A stretch of 63,989 bases of DNA, filler included, from Stramenopiles sp. TOSAG23-3 (lineage: Eukaryota), in the NCBI GenBank assembly GCA_900128585.1. It is 17 parts of 17 records of this genome, joined end to end, with 100 filler letters (N's around TTAATTAATTAA, not from the genome) between each part and the next. Parts side by side here need not be neighbours in the genome. Positions count along the whole stretch, not along the records: positions 1 to 1,193 come from LT646288.1; positions 1,294 to 2,485 come from LT646289.1; positions 2,586 to 3,777 come from LT646290.1; positions 3,878 to 5,068 come from LT646291.1; positions 5,169 to 6,359 come from LT646292.1; positions 6,460 to 7,650 come from LT646293.1; positions 7,751 to 8,940 come from LT646294.1; positions 9,041 to 10,230 come from LT646295.1; 9 more parts are not named here. One strand, 5' to 3'. Positions 1 through 10,774 of this stretch are shown here, piece by piece. The position numbers and the translations under genes were made by a program. The number at the start of each line of letters is the position of its first letter. The stretch's first letter is position 1. The notes beneath the pieces were generated by a model. That model was not told the origin of the DNA and made no database searches. It saw only the letters and a list, made by a program, of their open reading frames with translations.

Positions 1-598
1 ATGCATCGGACGCGGAGTGATGTAGTTTTCCTTCTAACATGACATTCATTTGTTTCGGCAGTTCTAAATTGCTGGCTTTTGCAAGGCGCTTTATGTATTT
101 TATAATGGGGGATGACATCCTTTTTCCAGAGTAAATAACAGGTGCTTTTCCTTCCCGGTGAATGATGAGAGACGCTTCATTGTCAACGCCCAAATCGCTT
201 ATCAATTCCGTCTCTTTTGAGGAGTCTATAGAGAACAACTTTAAGCGCAGTTCAGCAGCGGCTTTTTCATACTGCGACAACACCGTTTTGCAGTGACCGC
301 AATTGGGATGGTATATTTCAATCAATGCCACTTTGTGTTTGCTTAAACAGGTGTGGAAAGATTGCCTCGTCAGTTTTCTGCAAAAGAGCAATGGTTTACC
401 CTGTCCATCTAGCGACGCAGAACCTCTAAAATTTTTCCAGTCAAAAGTAGACGTGCCAAACGCCACAACAATGCAGATTGCGACTATAGAAATTATGCAC
501 CTCAAAGTTAATTGAAACCCCAAACTGCGCTTGCTCCCGTGATGATGTTCTCTGTCAACGGCATGCTCAACTATGCCATGGGCTTCCCGTTTCCGCAT
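1..598 (-). CDS. Thioredoxin/PDI-like protein with CGHC active site, N-terminal membrane anchor (3' partial; absent from ORF track)
   Basis: Manual translation from the ATG at 598: MRKREAHG...CIISIVAICIVVAFG (TM)...VALIEIYHPNCGHCKTVLSQYEKAAAEL...YSGKRMSSPIIKYIK. CGHC lies at 290-301 and the frame is open to the window edge. Confidence 0.8.
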   Translation of the reverse strand, partial: MRKREAHGIVEHAVDREHHHGSKRSLGFQLTLRCIISIVAICIVVAFGTSTFDWKNFRGSASLDGQGKPLLFCRKLTRQSFHTCLSKHKVALIEIYHPNCGHCKTVLSQYEKAAAELRLKLFSIDSSKETELISDLGVDNEASLIIHREGKAPVIYSGKRMSSPIIKYIKRLAKASNLELPKQMNVMLEGKLHHSASDA

Positions 599-1193
599 GA
601 CAAAAAAAGAATCCGTTGGAAACTAAAGGGGCGCGGTAATTCTACAACTAACTTAATTTTACAATTTGATAAATGATGTCAGTTGAACAGTTTGAGAAGA
701 AAACAATTAATCTTACTTCGACGAATTAATTATTGCTTGGGTCATTTTATGCATAAAAATTTGAAAGCATTCATATTACACAAAGTTCATTCTGACCATA
801 GTCGTCTATAATTTATGTAGTTCGTACCAATAATGGCAGTACGAGTATAAGTTCGTGCTTCACTTTATTACCAGTATTATTTTAATACTTTGGTTCGTTG
901 GTAGGAGAATACGAGGATTATTATTAGTCTATGACTCCTCGTAACAGACTCACATCATATTCTTGAAAATTTTATATTGCTTTAAAAAATCATTATTGTT
1001 TTGTAGATGATCATAAAAAAACAAATTATATAGTATGTTCATCATAATGATGAATTTCTTTCAAGTCGTATACATAAACAAGAAAATTGTCGTATCTGAT
1101 ACATAAACCTGCGTAAATGTATCTTCTAAAGATCCAAGTCTACCAAGAGTATCATGGATTTTCCACTTCAGGGCGTATACAACAATACATATA

Positions 1194-1293
1194 NNNNNNN
1201 NNNNNNNNNNNNNNNNNNNNNNNNNNNNNNNNNNNNNTTAATTAATTAANNNNNNNNNNNNNNNNNNNNNNNNNNNNNNNNNNNNNNNNNNNN
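1194..1293. other. Artificial contig linker (N44-TTAATTAATTAA-N44); 16 identical copies in the window
   Basis: The same 100-nt spacer, with stops in all six frames, starts at 1194, 2486, 3778, 5069, 6360, 7651, 8941, 10231, 11521, 12810, 14098, 22500, 30890, 39279, 47667 and 56037. Confidence 0.99.
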
Positions 1294-1616
1294 CAGGCCT
1301 CCGTGTGGTACTTTTTGCGAATGTCCATGGAGTTGTCGACGCCCTTGGACTTCAAAAACTCCTGAAAATTTGCGTTCCCGCCGATTCTCATCATTTTTAT
1401 CTGCTTGTCCGTCCAAGAGTCCATCTGTATGGAGCGCACGAAACTAATATGTACACCAAGGCTGCGGTGTTTCCCAGAGCACTCCAGGCACATCAACGTG
1501 CCGTAACTGACAGACGCCCACTGTGGATTGCGCGTCTTACAGTCCACGCACACTTTATTGTTCGCCATTTCCCGAATCTCCCGTTGGAGCTTCGGTGGCA
1601 TGGAATTGCTGCTCAT
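1294..1616 (-). CDS. ADP-ribosylation factor GTPase-activating protein (ArfGAP1-like), 3' partial
   Basis: NKVCVDCKTRNPQWASVSYGTLMCLECSGKHRSLGVHISFVRSIQMDSW matches the ArfGAP CxxC-x16-CxxC-x4-R zinc finger. Confidence 0.95.
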
Positions 1617-2313
1617 CGTTGGCAAAAAAAATGGGAGGAAACACTTTTTGTTCTAGTAGTGAAACGGCACGCGCCGGGCAAAAAGAAGAAAAGGAAGTGT
1701 GTGTGTCGGCGTTCTATACGGTTAAAAAGGCGCTGTTGATAAGACTTGCGGCAAAACAAAGAAAGGCAAGGTCGTCGTCGTCGTGGTCCGTTTCAATTTT
1801 CGATTTGAAAAGGAATTACAAATCAAGAATAGATAAAATAAAATAGTTAACCTCCCGAATTATATTCACATGATACACTTGTATCCTTTTGTTTTGTATC
1901 CTCCCATCTCACTCTGTCATTGGTGGTGGTGTTGAATAATTCAATTATTATGTATTATTATTATTATATTTTTTATTATTATAATTTTTTTTTTACAAAA
2001 ATTTTCTTCTTTTTTAATTTTTTAAAAAACTGTTTCGTTAGTTGTTCACGTAGAGCTGGACCAAATAATTAAGGATATGTATATATAGGAGATATATATG
2101 CTATGTATATCTAAAATAGGTATATTTTATCACTTTTTTATTCTATTTATTTATTATTAATATGAATAAAGTGATTTCATCTAAATCCCTACATTTACAA
2201 TGACCTTACAACAAATGGATTCTATAGAAACATATATCCTTAATTATGGATTATTTTGTCTCTCCAGTCAGTCTCTTCACCACTCATCACAGATTGCTTT
2301 TTTTTACGCACGA

Positions 2314-2485
2314 GGAGAAAAGAAGAAAAGAAGAAGAAAAGAAGAAGAAGAGAAGAAAGAAGAAAGAAGAAGAAAGAAAGAAGAAAGAGAAAAGAAGAAG
2401 AAAGAGAAAAGAAGAAGAAAGAAGAAAGAAGAAAGAAGAAAGAAGAAAGAAGAAAGAAGAAAGAAGAAAGAAGAAAGAAGAAAGA
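2314..2485 (+). repeat. (GAA/GAAA) purine-rich low-complexity repeat
   Basis: Directly visible; it produces spurious K/E/R-rich ORFs. Confidence 0.95.
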
Positions 2486-2826
2486 NNNNNNNNNNNNNNN
2501 NNNNNNNNNNNNNNNNNNNNNNNNNNNNNTTAATTAATTAANNNNNNNNNNNNNNNNNNNNNNNNNNNNNNNNNNNNNNNNNNNNAAACAGTTCAAGCCT
2601 TTTTTTCATGGAAAAGAATGCGTGGAAGTAGGGCTGCGAACGGGGGGTTAATAAAAAACAATTTAGACTGGAAGAATCTTAAATGACAATTTTATAAATT
2701 AAGTCTTTCTAGAAGATTAATAAATGGAAAAATAGTTTTTTACAATTTGTCCCAACAGTAGAGTGTAATTATTGTGCCAAAACTCAAGATTAGGACGCCA
2801 TTGCCTCTCGTAACATGCCTCTTCCC

Positions 2827-3777
2827 TCACTCTTCCAAAGGTGGGGGGGGAACAGGCTGGAGAATCAGCAAAACGACATCTCGGGGAGCCAAACTCAAGT
2901 GGATCTTTACTTGGCTAATAGGGTAGACCCCAACGAGTCGTTTCTCACCTTGCCCTTTGTACGCGGGAACCCAAGTAACCTGGCATCGGTTCTTGGAGGG
3001 TGCTGGGTGAATTCCATACTTACCCAAGTCCAGCATGGCGTCGATTTCAGCCGGGGTATCCCTCATCACCGTAGTGAAACTAAGAAGGATGGAATCGCCG
3101 GGGGCGCTTCTCCACGCCGTCGACATGACGGCAGGAAACACCAAGCCTACTTCATTATCCCCTTCAAGGGACCCATGACCCCTTGGGTGGCCAGGAAGCC
3201 TTCTTACGTTAAACTCATCATTTGTTCCGTTGATTGTCAAGTCAAGGTTGCGCAAGGCCGACCCATGATTGAAATAGTCAGCAGCAACTGCTTTCGCAGA
3301 GGAGAGTCGCTGCAAATACAGAATCTCTGCGTCGTAAGCTGGGTCCATTAATAAGTCGAAGACGTGATTTTGCGGGTGATTGGATCGTCCGCCTAACGAA
3401 AACCACCCCAGTTGTGCCCCAAACATGAATTGATTGGCAACCTTTGCCGCGAATGTATCTGGATCTGGTAGAAAATCGGCGCGGTAAAACATGGCCCCCA
3501 CAAAAAAAACGTAACCCCCGTAAACGGACTGGAAGGCGGGGACAATCATCTTTCCACTCCCAACTGTGCTGGGAACGTACGGGAGGTCACCGCCGGCGAA
3601 TCCCACCAGCGTGAGAAACATGTTAATGCCATCCATAAATGGCTCCGCATTGCTCTCTGTCAAAATCACTTTATTCGGCCCGGCTTTTTCCCTTACAGTG
3701 TTCAGCATCTGTTTGTAACCATCGACCCAGTGGTGGCCGCCCCCCACAGGGTGGCCGTGCGATTTGTCCCAACATGG
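2827..3777 (-). CDS. DUF6259-like putative glycoside hydrolase, C-terminal part (5' partial)
   Basis: Frame open to the contig edge: PCWDKSHGHPVGGGHHWVDGY...ILTESNAEPFMD...VPAFQSVYGGY...QFMFGAQLGW. Resembles bacterial DUF6259 proteins from memory; not searched. Confidence 0.55.
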   Translation of the reverse strand, partial: PCWDKSHGHPVGGGHHWVDGYKQMLNTVREKAGPNKVILTESNAEPFMDGINMFLTLVGFAGGDLPYVPSTVGSGKMIVPAFQSVYGGYVFFVGAMFYRADFLPDPDTFAAKVANQFMFGAQLGWFSLGGRSNHPQNHVFDLLMDPAYDAEILYLQRLSSAKAVAADYFNHGSALRNLDLTINGTNDEFNVRRLPGHPRGHGSLEGDNEVGLVFPAVMSTAWRSAPGDSILLSFTTVMRDTPAEIDAMLDLGKYGIHPAPSKNRCQVTWVPAYKGQGEKRLVGVYPISQVKIHLSLAPRDVVLLILQPVPPPPLEE

Positions 3778-3877
3778 NNNNNNNNNNNNNNNNNNNNNNN
3801 NNNNNNNNNNNNNNNNNNNNNTTAATTAATTAANNNNNNNNNNNNNNNNNNNNNNNNNNNNNNNNNNNNNNNNNNNN

Positions 3878-3944
3878 TCAAGTCAAGAAGAAGGCGAAGA
3901 CGAACAAGTTTGCCCTGGACGACGACGACGACGACGACGATTGA
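3878..3944 (+). CDS. 3' end of an unidentified gene (QVKKKAKTNKFALDDDDDDDD*), copy 1
   Basis: GC-rich coding-like frame ending TGA at 3942-3944; an identical inverted copy sits at the other end of the contig. Confidence 0.55.
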
Positions 3945-4469
3945 AATAGATCCATATTGCTATCTTATACTTTTCACAATCGGTGAAAAGTTGGTTTATG
4001 TAGAACACACCTAAAAAATATACTTAACTTTAACATAAACACACTCAAACAAAACAAACAAAACTAGAAAACATTTTAAGTACAATAAATACATCACCCA
4101 TTATTATTATACAAGACTACAATAAAATTGTAGTAATAAATAAGAATACAGTAAAAATGTACTTAATTAGTACATCTTGAAATATAGAAACATCATTCTA
4201 TAAAATAGCAAAGTAAGCATAGTCGGTCTAGCATATAAATAACAAAGAGGTGCTTAACGGAAGGAAGGAAGGAAGGAAGGAAGGAAGGAAGGAATCGGAG
4301 AAAGAAAGAACATCTCATCTCATTGTACACCGTACATCATCGACGTCATATCCATATTATTCATATTAAAAAAAAAGTAACAACACTTTTTACTTGATAC
4401 GGATGCTGTGTTCATGCTGATGCTGCAAGATTCTTCTTTTTTTATAACAACACTTTTTACTTGATACGG

Positions 4470-4624
4470 ATGCGCTTCCTTCGCTTCCTTCGCTTCCTTC
4501 CTTCCTTCCTTCCTTCCTTCCTTTCGCTTCCTTCACTTCCTTCGCTTCCTTCACTTCCTTCGCTTCCTTCACTTCCTTCGCTTCCTTCACTTCCTTCACT
4601 TCCTTCGCTTCCTTCACTTCCTTG
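4470..4624. repeat. 9-nt minisatellite (CTTCCTTC[A/G]) with (CTTC)n
   Basis: Directly visible tandem array. Confidence 0.95.
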
Positions 4625-5001
4625 GCTTGTATACATAATAAATGGCTCTGTATTATCACTTCGTCTTATTTTAATAATTAAAATAATTATAATAAATATA
4701 TTGCTTTAGCAGCAACGGTACGGAACCGGTAGCTGTGCAAAAGGGAAGTACGAAGTAATTAAAATGATTGAACACAACAGACACTGCTGCTCTGATTTTT
4801 TATGTCGTGTTCAAGTTAGGGTTATTTGTTCATCCCCCCGCGATTCGATTTTGTATTTTTTGTATTTTTTGTATTATTATTTGTTTTATGACGACTTTAA
4901 AAAAAAGTAGAATATTGCTCACCGTATATATTTGTTCTTCTCTCCCCTCCCCTTTTTTAGCTTTACAAAAGGCTTGGATACACACATACTATGGATCTAT
5001 T

Positions 5002-5068
5002 TCAATCGTCGTCGTCGTCGTCGTCGTCCAGGGCAAACTTGTTCGTCTTCGCCTTCTTCTTGACTTGA
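5002..5068 (-). CDS. 3' end of the same unidentified gene, copy 2 (convergent)
   Basis: 4990-5068 is the exact reverse complement of 3878-3956. Confidence 0.55.
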
Positions 5069-5168
5069 NNNNNNNNNNNNNNNNNNNNNNNNNNNNNNNN
5101 NNNNNNNNNNNNTTAATTAATTAANNNNNNNNNNNNNNNNNNNNNNNNNNNNNNNNNNNNNNNNNNNN

Positions 5169-6359
5169 AATAATATTCACTAAAACAGGGGCGTGGAAAA
5201 TCGACCCGTCAATACTGACTGAAGCACAACGAAAATCGTGTGAGCATATCGCGACAGTTGTCCAAGGGACCTATACTATCCTTCCAGCTGAACCATCGAG
5301 TGAAATAAAGAGCGAAACTGATATACTTACGTCACATGCCTTAAGGGCAGAGGGCAATAATAACGCCGAAGGACACCTAGGCTCTCATGATGTTATCCAC
5401 ACAAACGTGCTTTACAACTGGCATCAACGCCTTGGCCATATAAGTGAAAAACTTCTTGATCAAATGGTGAAATCCGGGTGGATCCATATCCCAAATTACA
5501 AATCGCTAAAGGACAATTTAATCACAAATCCGTGCGAGGGGTGCTTACGAAGTGCCCAGCGAAACCATAAACATCCTAGGAAAGAGGCACTAATTCGGAA
5601 CGCTACAAGAGCTAACAATCCTGGCGATATGATACATATGGATCTATTACAGCTACCATTGTCGAAAGAAGTAATTGACAAAGCCCCACGGAAATCGATT
5701 CTGAAAAACAAACTAGCACTCGTTGCCGTGGACTCTCACTCGGGGTGGTCATGGATACTATTCGTCCAGAATAAGAGCGCGGCTCGATATAATCTGGGCA
5801 CGAAACTCACTGCAAGACATACTCGGGATAAAATTGCCACCCACGACGCTATTTTGTGACAATCAAGCTGTCATTGACAATGTTCGTGGTGATAAAAACT
5901 CGAAAAGACTCAAGCACTGTATGGTAAAACTAAATCTTTTACGTGACCACAGTGACAAAAATATAAACATTGTGAAAGTTCACACAAAAGAAAATATTGC
6001 CGACATTTTCACAAAGGTTCTGCACCGAGGTCCATTCGAATACCTGAGAAACAAATTGCTGACCAGATTCGTTGAACCTATGCACTATGTTTCACGATCA
6101 ATGAACCGTCACTATCTGAATGGAATATTCAGAAGCATATGATCTAGTTCATTGCCCTGTGATTATTATTTTTATTGTTCGCCAACAACAATAATAATAA
6201 TTATCCAAATTGATGTTGATGATTGATGCAACTCTTCCGACACCGTTAAATATTGGAAATATTATAACGGTGAGAAGGGGTAGAGAAATGAGACTTCTCT
6301 ATTCTACATTTGAATCGATTACACGGAAGATACATAGATGAGGAAAAACCTTGAAGTCA
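5169..6359 (+). mobile_element. Ty1/Copia LTR retrotransposon, internally deleted (protease end, GAG-pre-integrase, integrase start fused to RNase H, PPT, start of 3' LTR)
   Basis: WHQRLGHIS...CEGC zinc-binding motif; IHMDL...VDSHSGWSWILFVQNKS; then in another frame LFCDNQAVI...KH...NIADIFTK. PPT GAGAAGGGG at 6272-6280. Confidence 0.92.
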
Positions 6360-6764
6360 NNNNNNNNNNNNNNNNNNNNNNNNNNNNNNNNNNNNNNNNN
6401 NNNTTAATTAATTAANNNNNNNNNNNNNNNNNNNNNNNNNNNNNNNNNNNNNNNNNNNNAGAGAGATCGAGATCTTCTTCGATTTAAATACTAGCAGATA
6501 GCAGAGCATCATATTCCCATCATTCCAAAAAAAAATGAATCCCTATGTTATTTATCCCTACACTACAAATAACGTACTTTTCCCACAGATTTTTCTTTAC
6601 AAAAATAAATGCCAGTTGCAGATGCATAGTCTAATAATAATACCCTAATATTAAACTCTAAAAAATAAAAATGCGAATTTGGGAAGAAGGAAGAATGGAT
6701 GCTTTTGCTGCCTTCTGCTCTTGGGCTGCTTGGCCGACGGTTGTGGTGAGAAAACGACGAAGAT

Positions 6765-6858
6765 AGAAGAAGAATGAGAAAGACGAAGAAGAAAGAAGAA
6801 GAAGAAGAAGAAGAAGAAGAAGAAGAAGAAGAAGAAAGAGGAAGAAGAAGAAGGAAAA
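6765..6858 (+). repeat. (GAA)n microsatellite
   Basis: Directly visible. Confidence 0.9.
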
Positions 6859-7101
6859 AAATGATGATGATGTGATTGATATGAGATTTTTTCTTCTTCT
6901 TCTTCAGATTATTATTATCCTTCGCGATAAGTTTTCATATATACCCTTCTTCTTTCCTATTGATTAAATTCTTGCAGTAAAACGACGATTGAATCCAATC
7001 TCAAAGATCCAAAGGGCTGAGTTCAAATACTTCGATTTTGGTTTGTTGAAATAGCCATTCAAATAGAGCGTATATTAATACACCGGAACTTCGTGTAGAA
7101 T

Positions 7102-7650
7102 ATGGAGAAAAAGGCAAGCGATGGCGCGGGGGGAGATGAAAAAAAAGTTTGTACTTGGTTCCAGAAAAATAGGTGCACGAGGGGGAAGAATTGTAGGTTT
7201 GCCCACGTGGCACTATCTACTGACGCAAAAACCGGGACAGGGAAGCGTCTTGGGAAGTGGAAGCGAGATGGGTTACAGAGTAGATCTAGGAAGAGGGACT
7301 GGGAAAAGTACAACCAAGGGATACAGCGGACTTCGACCCCGGGCGTAGACAGGGTAGACCCAACGTGCAAGTGTGACCTGACGTGCGTGCGACGAAAGGT
7401 GGAGAAAAAATCTGCGAAAAGTTTTGGCCGTGTCTATTTCAATTGTCCAAATTGGCAAGATCGAAGCAAAAACTGTTCGTTTTTCCGGTGGCTGTCTGAC
7501 CATAAGAGCAAACCCCGAGAGGATACCAGTACCGCTAAAAAGCCAAAAATAGCAGAAGAGAAAAATAAATCAGGAGAAGAAAGACAAGGCAAAGAAGAAG
7601 AAGAAAAAGAAGAAAGTTGCCCGGCCCCCGCCTTCTACCCCCGTCATTGC
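7102..7650 (+). CDS. CCCH zinc finger + GRF-type zinc finger protein (3' partial)
   Basis: CTWFQKNRCTRGKNCRFAH (C-x7-C-x5-C-x3-H) and CKC...FGRVYFNC...CSFFRW (zf-GRF). Confidence 0.85.
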
Positions 7651-7750
7651 NNNNNNNNNNNNNNNNNNNNNNNNNNNNNNNNNNNNNNNNNNNNTTAATT
7701 AATTAANNNNNNNNNNNNNNNNNNNNNNNNNNNNNNNNNNNNNNNNNNNN

Positions 7751-8940
7751 CGTGGTGGCCCCAGATAGTGTCGATGATGTCGTCATGGCCGCTACTTGTG
7801 CCAAGGAATCAGAACAACCTAACGGTAGCGGACGAGGAGAAGGAGAGATCGAGGCGCTTTGTGATGAGGCAAGGCTTGCTAGTTTGGAAAATCTCCGGAT
7901 CGCAACGAATTGCACGACATGGTCAAGATCTGATTTCAAAACGCAATTTGAAGGAGCACGAAGTGCAAAAGCTGATCGAAAGTACGTGTTACCCTGGTCA
8001 CGATGGGTCCAATTCAGCAAAGAATACGAGCCAGCGGGTACAAGAAATCCTGAGTGGAATTTATCAATCCATAAGCATGCGAAGTTCTTGGAAAAGATTT
8101 GGGGAGGATACGGCGGAGTGAAGTCCACCCAGAGCAAGGCGGTGTATAATTTACACAGCAGCGCAATCATGACAACGTACGAAGTTGGCGCAATGATAGT
8201 CCCACGACTTGCGGAGTCGACAGTAAAAGTCAAATCCTCTAGCATAGCAAGGAATTTCTTGCATTCCCATTTGCGAGCCCAGGCAGCTTCTGGTAATCCT
8301 AAACGAGGGTTAAAGACGGCTGCAGAGAAAGTGTTTTGGGACCCTGTCAAACTTTTTGAGTTCTGGCATTTTTTCCCGAGCCTAGAGTCGATGATTACGG
8401 CTGGATGGCCAGAAACTTTCCGTCGACTACTGATCAGAATTAAAGCAGTGACGATCCTCAGATTAGAGGGAGCGTCTAGGTCCAGCGACATTTCCAACTT
8501 ATCATGGTTGGATTTTTCCACGGACTTTAACGTAGCGAGTACCGATCCAGTCCCGTCTTTGATTTCCTTTTGTTATTATAACACGAAAGGTATGAAGTTG
8601 GCGAAAAAGTTTGGTGCAAAATCGAAGCCAGTCTCCTTGTTCCGATCAGTAGACTCAAATTCTTGTGTGATCAAGGTCTTACACGAGCTGCATTCTCAAC
8701 GCAGCTCTACCGCAGCGGATCACCCGGGTGATTGCCCATTGTTCGTCAGTCTGACGAGAAGGCGCGGGCCAGACGGTTCTCTTTTGTTTCAGCGCATTGG
8801 TTCTCAACGACTGAGTAAGATATTTCGTATTTCCTTACTTGGAGCGGGTGTGGTTAATGCACACTCGAGCGAGGCACGCCATATGTCCTCTTCAAAAGCG
8901 AGTTCCGCGGGTGTAAACGATGTGAGGGTTTGCGAGCAAG
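7751..8940 (+). mobile_element. Tyrosine recombinase of a DIRS/Ngaro/Crypton-like element (partial both ends)
   Basis: SAM-like segment DRKYVLPWSRWVQF; box I LRLEGASRSSDI; catalytic Lys region NTKG; CVIKVL; PLFVSL; box II-like AHSSEARHMSSSKASSAGV. Confidence 0.75.
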
Positions 8941-9042
8941 NNNNNNNNNNNNNNNNNNNNNNNNNNNNNNNNNNNNNNNNNNNNTTAATTAATTAANNNN
9001 NNNNNNNNNNNNNNNNNNNNNNNNNNNNNNNNNNNNNNNNTG

Positions 9043-10230
9043 AAGAATAAACTCGTTGAGTGGACACACCCAGAGAAGGTATATATCCAAGACCGCAATA
9101 GTGACGGGAAATACAAAGGTCGTGAAAAGAAAGAGCTTGGGTTTGTCGTCTGTCAGAGCGGCTATTGGCATCTTGGTTCCAGCTGTTTACCATGTGATAA
9201 GGGAAGATGGTCGTTCGGAAGCACTTGTAAGAAGTGTGAAAAAGGAACATGGGGCAATGACCCGACAGCCGCATGTATCTCCTGTGATAAAGGGAGATGG
9301 TCGAGAAAGTTGGGGGCGACAAGTCAAAATTTCTGCGAGTTATGTCCTGAAGGAAGATATTCAAACAAAAAACGCACCACGGCAAATTGCACAACTTGTT
9401 CGGCAGGAAAGGCATTGAAAACAAAAGGCGCAACATCAAAATCAGACTGCAAAGATTGCGCCGCAGGAAAGTTCTCAGACGTGCAGAATATCAACTGTGT
9501 TAATTGTGCTGCTGGGCGATTTTCAAACGGGAAAAGCGCTTGCAGCGACTGCAAAGAAGGAAAATATTCTTTGGCCAGGGCGAGCACCTGCAGCCTTTGC
9601 CCTAGGGACAGGCCGCATTCTCCCCTGCGCTCCGGTTCCATCGATTTTTGCGGTGTTACTGCCAAAAAATTAGAGGAGGGGCTAATATCTTCAAATGAGC
9701 GGCTGGAGAGTATGTCAAAAGTTCTACAGCACGTAGTAGAAAAGACGATTCACTCCGAGGTTGCACGGGCACACTTACAGAGGCAATGGGCCGAAGAAAT
9801 GGCCATTGCGGAGTATAATCGCCGTGATCTGCGACAGTTTAATTTTAAAACGGAACGATTGTATTGTGATTACTTCCACAAAACAAATAAAGGGAAAGAG
9901 CGGCCTATTGCGGTGTCCCCGGCCGTAGAGATGAAGGACGAAGACGACAAAATTAATTGTCTAAATCTCAACCGTGACAATGCGGTGAATGCTTATTGCA
10001 CATTTCGTAAAAAATTTGATCGTATCTTGGCAGACCATGGTGTGAGCAAAACATCAAAAGATCTGTGGCCAAACGTGTGCTGCGCGTCTATTCCAGGGGA
10101 CTGTAAAGCATCGTATGGGATTAAACAGGTAGACATGATCCCCTTTGCAATGGCGCAAGGAGGTGAAGGAAGCGAAAACGACCTGTGGTCGGAAATGTAC
10201 CAAGTCATGAGTAAAGGTGGGCACTTTCAT
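9043..10230 (+). CDS. Cys-rich repeat (GCC2/GCC3, ephrin-receptor-like) extracellular protein, internal fragment
   Basis: Frame open across the whole contig; repeated CxxCxxG[KR][YFW]S units, then a coiled-coil-like region. Confidence 0.8.
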
Positions 10231-10539
10231 NNNNNNNNNNNNNNNNNNNNNNNNNNNNNNNNNNNNNNNNNNNNTTAATTAATTAANNNNNNNNNNNNNN
10301 NNNNNNNNNNNNNNNNNNNNNNNNNNNNNNTTGTATGTTATATATTGAAGAGAAATGTAAAGTTCTCCTCAAGAATGAGAAGAAAACAAATAAAAAATAA
10401 ATCCCCCCTTTTTTAATGCTATTTGTATGTTATATTGAAGAGAAATGTTCTCTCCATTGTGGCTCTCAAAATTTCACAAAATAACGCACACGCAAATCTG
10501 AGGAAGAAGAAGAAGAGTCGCGCCGGCCGAGTTTAAAAG

Positions 10540-10681
10540 AAGAAAAAAGGAAAGGAAAGGAAGAACAAGAACAAGAACAAGAAGAAAGAAGAAGAAAGAA
10601 GAAGAAAGAAGAAGAAGAAAGAAGAAGAAGAAGAAGAAAGAAGAAAGAAGAAAGAAGAAAGAAGAAGAAAGAAGAAGAAGA

Positions 10682-10713
<32 letters not shown>

Positions 10714-10774
10714 AAAAGAAGAAAGAAGAAGAAGAAGAAGAAGAAGAAGAAGAAGAAGAAAGAAGAAGAAGAAG
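10540..10774 (+). repeat. (GAA/GAAA)n low-complexity repeat
   Basis: Directly visible. Confidence 0.95.

Noticed and set aside
303-515. 70-aa plus-strand ORF
   Set aside because: Antisense to the thioredoxin-like gene.
2200-2541. K/E/R-rich ORFs (also 4390-4709 and 11382-11576)
   Set aside because: Translations of microsatellites.
5169-8940. Copia, zinc-finger gene and tyrosine recombinase as one composite element
   Set aside because: They lie on three separate contigs; the adjacency is an artefact.
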